Shown here one piece after another: positions 17,596-30,862 of a stretch of 64,000 bases of DNA. Position 1 is the first letter of the stretch. Each line of letters starts with the position of its first letter. Source of the stretch: Piromyces finnis finn. Taxonomy: Eukaryota > Fungi > Neocallimastigomycota. Below the pieces are notes generated by a model. That model was not told the DNA's origin and searched no databases. It saw only the letters and a list, made by a program, of their open reading frames with translations. The stretch is from contig MCFH01000058.1 in the NCBI GenBank assembly GCA_002104945.1, positions 248,001 to 312,000 of the forward strand. Direction: 5' to 3'. A program made the position numbers and the translations under genes.

Positions 17596-17662
17596 CGCGT
17601 TTTTTACCATAACTACCTTAGGAAAAAACTTAATTTAAAAATTTAAAAAAAAAAAAAAAAAA

Positions 17663-18574
17663 ATGACTCAACCAACACCTAAACCAGTTCAACAATTCCT
17701 AAAGCCTCAAGATTTAGAAGAATTTAAGAAAAATCTTTGTGGTGAATTAGACAAGTATATCACTCAACAATTGGATAAAAATACCACCTCCTTGTTAGAA
17801 CGTATGGATGCTATGTTAAAGGAACTTAAGAGTCGTGCTAATTATACTGAAACCGAGGAATCTTCTACTGATTATGATGAAGATCATGATGTTATAATGC
17901 GTAATAGAACCTATCCTATCAAACAAGTACCAGATCCAGGATTCTTTACTGGTGATACTACTCAGACTGAGTTATTCTGCGAACTCTGCCAAGCTACCTT
18001 TAAAACTCCACCTAACAATCAACTATCTGAAGAAGTAAAAATTAACTTTGTTGTTGTTAGATTACGTGATTCTGCCAGAACTTGGTATCATATTAAATAT
18101 AAAGATGGTATTACTCCTATGACTATGAACGAACTATTAAGTGAATTAAACAAAGCTTTTTCAAATGTTACCAGTACCAAATTAGCCATGATTCAATTAA
18201 TAGAATTAAGACAAGCTTATGGAAAAGTGAACGATTATATTAACAAATTTAGAGATTTAAGTCGTTGTTTAGAGATAGATGACATTAGTCTTTCACTAAT
18301 ATTTTTAAATGGTTTACATCCAAAATATAAGAATGAAATTAAGAAAGCTGATATTTTACCTAACACTTTAAGTGAAATGGTTACAAAGTGTATAATTTTT
18401 GAAAATTCTCTTGCTACTAATAATAAATTAAATATCAATAATAATAATAATAAAAATCAACATTACAATAAGAGAAACAATAGGAAATTCAATAAGAATA
18501 AAACCCATTATCAAAATTCAAACAATAATAATAATTATGTCAATAAAGTTCAAAAAATGAACTCAAAAAACTAA
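17663..18574 (+). CDS. gag: Gag of element D (303 aa, no CCHC knuckle)
   Basis: Retrotransposon gag-like core (RLRDSARTWY...LRQAYGKVNDYINKF...FLNGLHPKY); homologous to the gag at 29762. Confidence 0.88.
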   Translation: MTQPTPKPVQQFLKPQDLEEFKKNLCGELDKYITQQLDKNTTSLLERMDAMLKELKSRANYTETEESSTDYDEDHDVIMRNRTYPIKQVPDPGFFTGDTTQTELFCELCQATFKTPPNNQLSEEVKINFVVVRLRDSARTWYHIKYKDGITPMTMNELLSELNKAFSNVTSTKLAMIQLIELRQAYGKVNDYINKFRDLSRCLEIDDISLSLIFLNGLHPKYKNEIKKADILPNTLSEMVTKCIIFENSLATNNKLNINNNNNKNQHYNKRNNRKFNKNKTHYQNSNNNNNYVNKVQKMNSKN

Positions 18575-21500
18575 GAAATGAACTCTCAAGAGAGTCTAAG
18601 AGAGTTCATAATACAAAAATAATACATTACAACTTTCCTACATATGACTCTAAAATAAATAAAAAATTGCCTACAACATTTTTCAACTTAAAATTTTTTA
18701 TCCCAATTAAATTAAACAAACTTTATGATTTAAAAAATTCAATTAATAAAAATCAATACAATTTAATTTTAGATAGTGGCTCATATTGCAACTTTATTTC
18801 AATCAACTTGGTCAATAAATTAAAACTAAAACCACACAAATTATTACACTCAATTGAAATAAATGGAATTAGTGGTTCAATATTTATTGATACATACACC
18901 TTCTTATATTTTAAGACTACTATCTATATTAATCATTCAAAATTTTTAATTACTTTTAAAGAAAAATTTCTAATTATTAAAAATCTTCCAACAGATTTGT
19001 TATTAGGCAATAAATTTTTACACAAATATCAACTACATTTTAATTATAATAAAAATTTTGTATATTCAAGTTTAAATTTTAACAATTTTAAAAAATTAAA
19101 TTCTAATAAAATTATATATAAAATTAATAAAAATCGATTGAATAAATCCAAAAATTTAAAAATTAAAACCATTAATCATAATAAATTAACTTCCAATACA
19201 TCTTTTAATAATTTGAAAAATTGCTCTAAACCAAAATATCAAAATTTCAGCTATAATTACTTTATTCACTCATTTTTAGCTAATAGTGAAAAAGATTATA
19301 ATACTGATGATGAAGATGATAATGAAGAAGACTTCAAATTAGAAGAAGTACCAGAACCATATCGTGATTTAGCGGAAGTTTTCAGCAAGGTTAAGGCTGA
19401 TAAACTACCACCACATAGGCTAACGGATTGTAAAATCGTTTTACAAAAAGATGCTTCTTTACATTATGGTCCTATATATCCTCTATCTGAAGATGAATCC
19501 CAAGTTCTTAAAGAATACATAGATGAAAATCTCAAGAAAGGATTCATTAGACCATCTGAATCTCCAGCTGGTTATCCTGTTTTATTTCAGAAAAAGAAGG
19601 ATGGATCGTTACGTCTTTGTATTGATTACAAAAAATTAAATGCAGTTACAATTCGCAATTCTTACCCACTTCCTCTAATTACTGATATTATCGAAAGAGT
19701 GAAAGGTGCTAAATTCTTTTCAAAATTAGATCTTCGTTCTGCTTACAATTTAGTGCGTATTCGTGAAGGAGACGAATATAAGACAGCTTTTAGAACTAAA
19801 TATGGTCACTATGAATATTTAGTAATGCCTTTTGATTTAAGAAATGCCCCTGCTACATTTCAATCATTTATTAATTCAGTATTACGCCCTTATTTAGAAA
19901 AATTTGTTATTTTATATTTAGATGATATTCTGATTTACTCGGAAACATTAGATGAACATATACAACATGTTCGTACTGTTCTCCAAACATTGCTCAAAAA
20001 TAATTTATTTGCTAAATTAAAGAAATGTGAATTTCACAAGCCAGAAGTTGAATTTTTAGGACACGTTATATCAGGCAATGGTATATCTACTGATCCAAAG
20101 AAAATTAAATCTGTCCAAGAATGGCCTACACCTAATTGTGTAAAAGATGTTCAACGCTTTGTTGGATTATGCAACTATTATAGAAGATTTATAAAAGATT
20201 TTGCTACTATTGCTAAACCGCTTCACAATTTAACAAAGAAAAATACTAGTTTTAATTGGAATGATAAATGTAATAACTCATTTTTAGAATTAAAAAAGAG
20301 ACTAATCTCTTCACCTATTTTATTACATCCAGATCCAACCAAACCATTTATTGTCGAATGCGATGCTAGTAATTTTGCCATTGGTTGTATACTTTCTCAA
20401 AAGGATGAAGATAACAAATTACATCCTGTAGCATATTATTCAAGATGTTTAAACAATGCTGAATTAAATTATTCAATTACTGAAAAGGAACTTTTAGCTA
20501 TAAAATGTGCATTTTCTACCTGGAGACATTTATTACTAGGTGCTAAATACCAAGTAACCGTTTTTACTGACCATAAAAACCTTCTATACACCTTAGGTGG
20601 TAAAGTCGGAAACCAACGTCAACATCGTTGGCATTTATTTTTCCAAGAATATAATTTTCAATTAATATACCGCCAAGGAAGAAAAAATGGTAAACCTGAT
20701 AGTTTGTCAAGAAGACCTGATTACGAGAAAAATAATGTTGAACCTAAACCAGAACATATATTAGATTATAAAAACGTTCCCGATACTCCATGTTTTGTTG
20801 GTATTGTTGGTTCTCTCATTGATCAAATAATAGAAAATTATAAGGATGATGAAAATGCGAATAATATTTATCTTTACTTTAGTCCTAATAATGCTAATCA
20901 AGGTTACTTTTACAGACCTTTCAGAAAAATGGAAAAATTTAAAATAAAAAATAATTTAATTTTATATAATAATTTAATTTATGTACCAGAAAAACTTCAT
21001 GTAGATATTTTAACCAGGTACCATGATAACGCTACTGCTGGACATTTAGGTATTCGAAGAACTGAAGAACTAATTAACCGTAATTTTTGGTGGCCCAAAA
21101 TGCATCAAGATATCGTAAATTTTGTCAATTCTTGCGAACAATGTTCCAGAAATAAAGTTAATAGACATAAAAGATATGATCTTTTAAGACCTTTAGAAAT
21201 TCCTGATCGCCCTTGGAAATCTATTGAAATCGATTTTCTTTGTGGTCTCCCTGAATCAAAAAAGTTTTCCGTTATAATGGTTGTTGTAGATCGCTTTTCA
21301 AAAATGATTCACCTTATTCCGTTCAAAGAAATACCTACAGCTGAAGAAACTGCCAAAGCTTTCCTAAAAAAATATTTTTAAACTCCATGGACTACCTACA
21401 GATATTTATACGGACAGAGGAACACAATTTACTAGTGCTTTATGGATAGAAATTATGGAAAAATTGCGTGTTAAGCCAAAAATAGCTACCACAGATCACC

Positions 21501-22273
21501 ATGAGACCGTTGGTCAAGTAGAACGTTGTAACTCTTTCATTGAACAATATTTACGTTGCTATTCAAGAACATTTTTCCACGATGACTGGATTGAATGGTT
21601 ACATCTAGCTGAATTTGTTTATAATAATACAGTTCATGAATCTACAAAACAAACTCCATTTTTCATTAATTATGGATTCCACCCACCTATGGATGATGTC
21701 TTTTTGTTTCTAGGTTCTGATTCAAACTTTAAATACATTAAAGATGTTAGTAAAAATTTCCTTTTAGTTAAAGATGTTTTGCTTAGATCTCAAGATTTAT
21801 ACAAAAGAGCTGCCGATAAGAAAAGAATTATTGCTCCTGAATTGAATGAAGGACAAAAAGTTTGGATTCATGCACCTCCTGCTTTTGCTACTACTGAAAA
21901 TGCCAAACTAGCGCCTCGTAAGTATGGTCCTTACAAGGTTTTAGAAGTTTTAAACAATGGTAATTATAAAATAGATATTTCAAAATCACCTTTTCCAAAA
22001 CACCACCCTGTATTTCACATATCGGAACTTGAACCTTATGTATCTACGCCAGATAAATTTAAAAATAGATTTAAATATAAAGAAACTAATGCAGAAATTA
22101 TAGAAATTGGTGACTTTAGGACAAATTATAAAGAAAAACGCTACGAATATAAAATTCGTTATAATCACCGCCTAAGTTGGCACTGGGTTCCTGCTACAGT
22201 AATAGAAAGTAACCCAAGATATCAAGAATTATTAATTCAATTCAATAAAAGTATTAGAAAACACAAAATCTAA
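18565..22273 (+). pseudogene. pol: Pol of element D (PR, RT, RNase H, IN, degenerate chromodomain), with a +1 A frameshift at about 21370
   Basis: The -1 frame is open from the slippery site; motifs LDSGS, YLDD, VECDAS, HHCC, D-D-E, GPY. An A7 run where the paralogue implies A6; MPFDL instead of MPFGL. Confidence 0.9.
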
Positions 22274-24999
22274 TTCTTTAAATTGCATTTCAACAATTTT
22301 ATTTTTTTAAAAATTTATTAATATCTTTCACTAACATTATGTTTTATTATAATTTGTATTACTCATCTAATACATTTCAACACAAATTTCAAAAATTTTT
22401 TTCTATATGAATGTTAAATTTCAATTCAATAATTTTTGATCCAACAATTTTATCAATTTATTTAATTTAAAACACAAAGTTTTTATAATGAAAATTAAAT
22501 ATTTAAAGAGAATAATTTTCAATTTATTTTAGCAGTACAATTACAAATATTTATATGTTGTTAATGCTTATTTTATTCTCTATTCAATAGTATCAATTTC
22601 AATATTGTCACTATCTCGATCGATCATTAAAATCAATATTTTTCAGTGACATTTTTTCAAAAAGTTTAGTTCAAAATTTTTTTTGTATTTAATGAAAAAA
22701 TTTTTTATTATTAAAAATTTTTCAAAAATTTCAAAAAATTTTTTTTTCAAAATCATATTAATTAAAGTTTATTTGATCAATTTTTGAAATTTCAATTATT
22801 TTAGCAAATGTTAACATTTTTCAAAAATAAAAAGTGTTTCAATATCCTAGGAATAATATTTCTTATTCAAATTTTAATTTTTCGTACGAATTTCAATTTT
22901 TTCACTCAATGATCAATTTAAATTTCAACATTTCTTTCAAAAATTTTATGAATTTGACTGAATGTTACACAAGAAAATGTTTTTTAATTTTATTTCATAT
23001 ATTGCAATATATTCAACATATTATATTAAATATATTCTTTATTTAGTTACCATTTTATTTCATGTTACACATACAACTATATATTGGTTTATATTTAATA
23101 TATACTACTTCAATTTATTTCAATTATACTTTATTATACAACTTTATTTTATATTATTTCAATCGCCTGGTATTCGATTTTTTTTGGCGGAGCGATGTCA
23201 CGAATACTAGTGAAATTACAATTTCAAGATCACTTGGAATTGTGAAATCACTTATGAAAATTCAAAATCAACAAATATTTTATTTTCAAATAAATTATAA
23301 AATTTTATTAAGAAATATTTAAAAATTTAGAAAAGGTTAAAATATGACCTTAACCCTTAATAATTTTTATAATAAATAACTTTAACCCTTATCGTTAAAA
23401 TGGAATAAGAAAAAACACGCGTATCTCCTCAACGAATGACGATTTTTGAATAAAAATATTTTGGTTATAATTAAGTTCGTTAGAAAGCCACGCTCGAGAC
23501 AAACAACATATCTTAAAATCAGGTCAATATCTCTGCTGGTTCACGAGATATTCCAATTTAAAGATATTTTGTTAGCAATGATTAATTGTTTATTCAGAGA
23601 ATGATCACCCCTGATATATCAAACATAAATCATTCACTCAAAGTATAAAAAATTATTGTTTAATTAAATTAAAATTATTTTCCGGAACTAATTAACTTTA
23701 TTTTATAATAATTATTTCAATAACATAATTTATAATCTTTGAACTAGAGGATTATAATTATTAATATTATATTCAATGAATTATATTATAATTAAGAAAT
23801 AATTAATATTATGAATATTATAAACAATAGTTATTTTTTAATAATTAGGAATAAGTCTTAAGTTTAGTTTAAGTATTATAAAATATATTATGAATATAAT
23901 CATGTATTGAAAAGTTATTTTAGTATTAAATGTAAAATTACAAATAGTATAAATAGTTTAGAATAGTTTTATGAATTAAATCTTTGTAAAGATTATTATC
24001 TTATTAATACTTAATAAGTATTACTATTAAATAATCTTATTATTATATATATTCTTTAAATAAAATAAAAAGGAATTATTTTAACTATAATACATAATAT
24101 AATTATTCATTTATAAATCAATTAAGATTATTTTAATAAAACATTTTTTTTTCTAACCTAGTTATCTTTTAACCTTTTATTTAATTTAATATTTTAATAT
24201 TAAATTATAAGTTTAGTAAAACTTTTACAGATTTTTAAGTTAACCCTAAAAGTAACTTAAAACAAGTTATAGTTTAATTAAGTACTTTACCAAAATTCTT
24301 AAATAAAATTAATCCTAAACACTGCATATATTTTGATTATTGAAAGAAAATAATAAACTTTAATTAATCGAGATCAAAATATATAACTCTTGTTAAATTA
24401 ATTGTTAAATTAAATATTTAATAACTTCGTTAGTAAATTACACTTTAAAAGTAAACAAATATAATAATTCATATTATAAAATAATATAATTAAACACCTT
24501 TATTAAAACATTAAAAATAATTATTACTTTAATTAATTGTAAAATAAACAACTTTTTATATTCTTTAACTTTTAATTATTTCTTTTATTGTTATTTCTAA
24601 TTACTTTTATTATTTTTATTGTAAATAGTTATTAATTTTATTGTTTTAATGTAAATAGTTTAAATTTAAAAGAAAATATAAATACATGTAAATATTCTTA
24701 TTTTAATCATTATTATTATTATTAATAAAGAAATATTATATAGTTAGATTAATATTTTATAATTTTAATAATCACTTTTATACTTAAATAAATAAAATTT
24801 TAAATATTTAAATATTAGAAAAACAAGTGTTTCTAATAAAACAATTTAGTGTTTTAACAAAACAATTTTATTAATTTTTATAAAAACGATTTTAAATCTT
24901 AATCAATATAACTTATATAGTTATAACAAAAGATATAATATAATAATCACTTTTTGAAGTAAAATTCAAAATTAAGATTATTATCAAATTATATCATTT

Positions 25000-26764
<1,765 letters not shown>

Positions 26765-26857
26765 AGTATTATAATAAAACATAATTTATATTAAATTAAT
26801 AAATAGGGTTAGGGCATTCTGACCTAACTTACCTAAATTCATCTTAGATCCTTAACA

Positions 26858-27593
26858 AAATAGAAATAGAAAATATTATTTTAAAACTTGTTACTAATTA
26901 GTGTAATGACTCTATTAGAAAATTAAATATTTTATGCATTTTTATCACAGGATTCATTTTATGTAATTTTTAATTAATTTAAAGAATAATTTAGAAAGAA
27001 AATTTAATTTTTTATTTAACCACATCAGATTTAGAAAAAGTATAAATAGAAGTGGTGTGGATCAAAAATTAAATAGTTGTGCTTTTATTAACTTTAAATT
27101 TAATCTTTACTTTGTTTAAAAATAAATTTAATAATAATAAAAAATTATTTTAAATAAATAGATTTATTGACTTATAGGGAATACAAAATTTATTTTTCTA
27201 TATAAATATTATTAATTCCTACATTAATAAATTCTTTATATAGAATCGCGTTACAATTAGCTAAGAAAATTAGAATATTTTAATAATAAAATAATAAATT
27301 AATATATATTTTTTTATAATACATAGCGAGATGTATTATACATTTATTTTAAATAAATAAACTAATATTATAAAACAAGGTGTTTTTTTAAAATTTTTAA
27401 ATTATATTCATTAATTATATAAATAATAGTAAATAATTAAAATAATGTAAAATATAAATATTTAATTAAATTTTAAAAATGTTAATTATATCAAACTTGT
27501 AGAATGAGCAAGTAAAAATAAATCATTCAATTACACACAAATATACCACTTTCTAAGCCTATTTAGAATTAAGGTATATTTGAACTTGTGTCA
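26858..27593 (+). mobile_element. Partial LTR, family J, interrupted by a solo LTR
   Basis: Matches the 3' part of 48888-49382 and ends ...GAACTTGTGTCA; preceded by a family B-like LTR end (CATTCTGACCT...CTTAACA, ending at 26857). Confidence 0.7.
26902..27255. mobile_element. Solo LTR, family K (354 bp)
   Basis: TGTAA...TTACA termini; TSD ATTAG at 26897-26901 and 27256-27260; removing it restores the family J sequence. Confidence 0.8.
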
Positions 27594-27879
27594 ATATTAA
27601 TACGTAATAAACAGAAAATACTACCTTTAGCATAAACTCCAGGTCAATTTACATAAGGGTTAAGATTATGATTGATCAATAATAATTTTAACTAATGTCA
27701 AATTTAATTAATATAAACTATGTAATAATAATAATAATAATAATAATTAAATAAATAAATATATAAATAAATCACATAATTATTAATAACTGGAATATAT
27801 TATTTCAGCATAATTCCTTATTATCACAGTATTAAAATAAATAATAATATTATGATATATTATATAATAACATATCATT

Positions 27880-28595
27880 GTAAGAGGTTTATTATATTTT
27901 CTATAAGAGGGATAGATTTATATATTATTTTATATAAAAGATATTACAATAATAAATAAATAACAACCTATCATACGAGCTAATATTATAAATAATGTTT
28001 TTATATTAAATTTTATAAAGAAATTAGTAATTAAATAATGAATAAAACAATTTAGTTATATATAATAATAAAGGTTTATTCGCCTTATTTCTCTTATTAA
28101 TATAAAGTATCTTTAACTATTTTAAATATAAGTATTCTTTATTATTAATTATTTATTATATTATTTTACTTTAATCTTTAATACTAACACTAAAGTATTA
28201 GTATTTGTTTACATGTTTCCTTTTATAATATTATTAATCTATATTAACTATTATTGGTTAGTTTAAATATAAAATAAATATTATTTAAATATAATTTAAA
28301 TATAAAATAATATTTATTTTATATTAACATATATTGTAGTTCGAGCGTGGATTTCTAACGAACATAGTTTTGTTGAGTTAGATTGTTTTTCGTTATAAAG
28401 TTATGAACTTAAAGGTTAAAGGTGCTTATAATAATTTATAGAAAGGTTAAGGTCTTGTTACTTGAATTTTTAATATTCTTCAATATTGTTTTATATTTTT
28501 CAAAATTTGGAAATAATTAATTTTTTGATATTTTAAAAGTAATTTCACAATTCCAAGTGATCTTGAAATTGTAGATTCCACTAGTATCCGTGGCA
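27880..28595 (-). mobile_element. Diverged LTR related to family D
   Basis: Its reverse complement starts TGCCACGGATACTAGTGG...TTTCAAGATCACTTGGAATTGTGAAAT and contains GTTCGTTAGAAATCCACGCTCGA; the left boundary is uncertain. Confidence 0.6.
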
Positions 28596-28947
28596 TGATA
28601 ATATTCGTATCTAAAATTTAATAAATAAAAATAAAGAAAATATAATAACTGATTTTTATACTTGTTCATTTGCAAGACTTTGTTAGTTTTATAATATAAA
28701 ATTTACTTTATTTAATTATAAAATTATAATATTATTTAATAACTCTAGTATTACTAATTAATTAAAATATATTATTTATAATCTTATTTCAGGGATTATT
28801 AATAACTTTTTTAATAATAAGTTTTATTATAATATAAAATTATATTTGAATTTAAAAATATATCCAATTTTTCGCTCTATACAATTATAAGCAATTTTTT
28901 TTTCATTTATATTATATAACATTTTAGATATTTAAAATAAGAAATAT

Positions 28948-29019
28948 AGGGGCGTTCCGGATTTGAACCGAAGACCTATTGATCTGCAGTCAATTGCTCT
29001 ACCGCTGAGCTAACACCCC
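28948..29019 (-). tRNA. trnC: tRNA-Cys(GCA), copy 3
   Basis: Exact reverse complement of copy 1. Confidence 0.97.
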
Positions 29020-29727
29020 TTTCATCTGACTTTGTCACAATAACATATATAAAAATTTAAAAAATTTGGACACATGGAAAAAATTGTCAAAATCACAATT
29101 CATGAAATTTGACATTTCATGAAATTTCATAATTTTGAATTAATAGTTAAATTAATTAAAATATTAATTTAATAATATTTTACTAATAATAGTTTATTTA
29201 ATATAAATATTAATTGGAAAGCTATTTATTATCCGGAGATAAATAGAGTGTAACAATTAATTAATATTAAACAAACCAATTAGTAAAATAAGATTCATTT
29301 AAATAATTATTAATATTATTTTTAACAACTTATTAATATCGATATTTAAAGAAAATTATATTATTATTACTATTATATCTTATTAATATTTATATTTATA
29401 TTATTATACATGTATAACTTAAATTATATTATTATTATACTTTATTAATATCAACATTATATTAAAAATGAAGTATAAATAAGTTGAACAAAGAACAACT
29501 TTAAGAAGTTCTTTGTGAGATTATTATACTCATTTTTATATAGTAAATTCAATATTTAAAATTAATAATTATCATTTACTTATATTATAAAAATTAAATA
29601 AAATATTTCTTAAAAAACTATATTTATTACTCTTTTATTTATAAAAATTTATTATTTACTATATAATTAAGCCTATCCTAACCTAGTAGACTTAATTATA
29701 ATTCTAAATCCACTCTAACTCTTGACA

Positions 29728-29737
29728 ATAATCTCAC
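29728..29737 (+). promoter_or_regulatory. Self-priming PBS of element C (ATAATCTCAC)
   Basis: Exact complement GTGAGATTAT at 29515-29524, 41 nt after TATAAAT (29474); no TGG-type PBS. Confidence 0.8.
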
Positions 29738-29761
29738 CATAACTTTGGTTACTACCTTAGG

Positions 29762-30862
29762 ATGGCAGAACAAAACTTTGCTAGCTCTTGGCAAACTATG
29801 GATGAAGTTAATCAACTCCGCGAAGATGCTAAAACTACTGCTGTAGACATTATGAACAGCGTTCAAGAAAACTTTGCTACTATTAGTCAAGTTAAAGACT
29901 TTGAAAAACATATTGAATCTCAGTTTCAAGAAATTAAAAGAAATACTGCTAATTTCGCACAAGTTTTGGAATCGGTCTCTAACAATATCAACACCATTCA
30001 AGAGTATTTAAATAAGAATGGAAAACCAAGTGGTGGTCAGCCAGACCTAACCCCTTCAGTTGCCCCATCTACATCTACAAAATATGATTTGGATTTTGAT
30101 GTAATAATGAGATCAAAATATTCCACTCCAATAAATCAAGTTCCAGACCCAGGTCTTTTTTCTGGTGATCCTCATGAAACTGAACTATTCTGTCAAATTT
30201 GTGAAGATACTTTTAGCACCTATCCTAATAAACATATGATGGAAGAAGCCAAAATTAATTTTGTTAAAACAAGATTAAGAGGAATTGCTAGAACTTGGTA
30301 TTTAACAAGATACAGTGGAAATACCCATCCCTCTACTATGTTCGAATTATTAGGAGAATTAAAAAACGCTTTTCCAAATGTTTCAAGCCGTAAATTAGCT
30401 AAGATCAAGCTAAGTAAATTGAAACAAACATATGGAAAAATTAATGAATATATGGAAGAATTTAGATCATATATTCAATATTTTAACTGGGATCAAGAGG
30501 TTGTTACTCTTATGTTTTATACTGGTCTTCATCCTAAGTATCAAGAAGATATTGAAAGATTAGATGACTTTCCTACTACTCTCGAAGCTATTTTCACAAG
30601 ATGTATTTTATTTGAACAAAACAATGTTTCAAATAAAAAGTTAAACCAAATTAATAATAAAAGCCATGGAAGAAAAAATTCATTTTATAATAACAATAAC
30701 AATAATTATAATAATAATAGAAACAATTATCAAAAATATCACAATAATAATAATAACAATAATAATTTAAAATCTAATTATTCAACTAATAATAATGGTG
30801 GTAATAATAATAATAATTATTCCACTACAAAAACCCAAAAAATTTCTTCAAAAAATTTTTAA
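29762..30862 (+). CDS. gag: Gag of element C (366 aa)
   Basis: Homologous to the element D gag (VPDPGLFSGD, RLRGIARTWY, FYTGLHPKY). Confidence 0.88.
   Translation: MAEQNFASSWQTMDEVNQLREDAKTTAVDIMNSVQENFATISQVKDFEKHIESQFQEIKRNTANFAQVLESVSNNINTIQEYLNKNGKPSGGQPDLTPSVAPSTSTKYDLDFDVIMRSKYSTPINQVPDPGLFSGDPHETELFCQICEDTFSTYPNKHMMEEAKINFVKTRLRGIARTWYLTRYSGNTHPSTMFELLGELKNAFPNVSSRKLAKIKLSKLKQTYGKINEYMEEFRSYIQYFNWDQEVVTLMFYTGLHPKYQEDIERLDDFPTTLEAIFTRCILFEQNNVSNKKLNQINNKSHGRKNSFYNNNNNNYNNNRNNYQKYHNNNNNNNNLKSNYSTNNNGGNNNNNYSTTKTQKISSKNF

Larger units (their letters stand above)
16551..24229 (+). mobile_element. Full-length Ty3/Gypsy chromovirus-like element D
   Basis: 1034-bp LTRs (16551-17584, 23196-24229) that look identical by eye; TG...CA termini; TSD GATTT at 16546-16550 and 24230-24234; purine-rich PPT before 23196; gag then PR-RT-RH-IN. 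Confidence 0.96.
16502..24996 (+). mobile_element. Solo LTR, family A, split by element D (pieces 16502-16550 and 24235-24996, 811 bp together)
   Basis: The two pieces join into the family A LTR once element D and one GATTT copy are removed; starts 17 nt upstream of tRNA copy 2. Confidence 0.9.

Noticed and set aside
26806-26815. GGGTTAGGG and TTAGGG-like words suggesting telomeric repeats
   Set aside because: Isolated one- or two-unit matches inside LTRs; no array.
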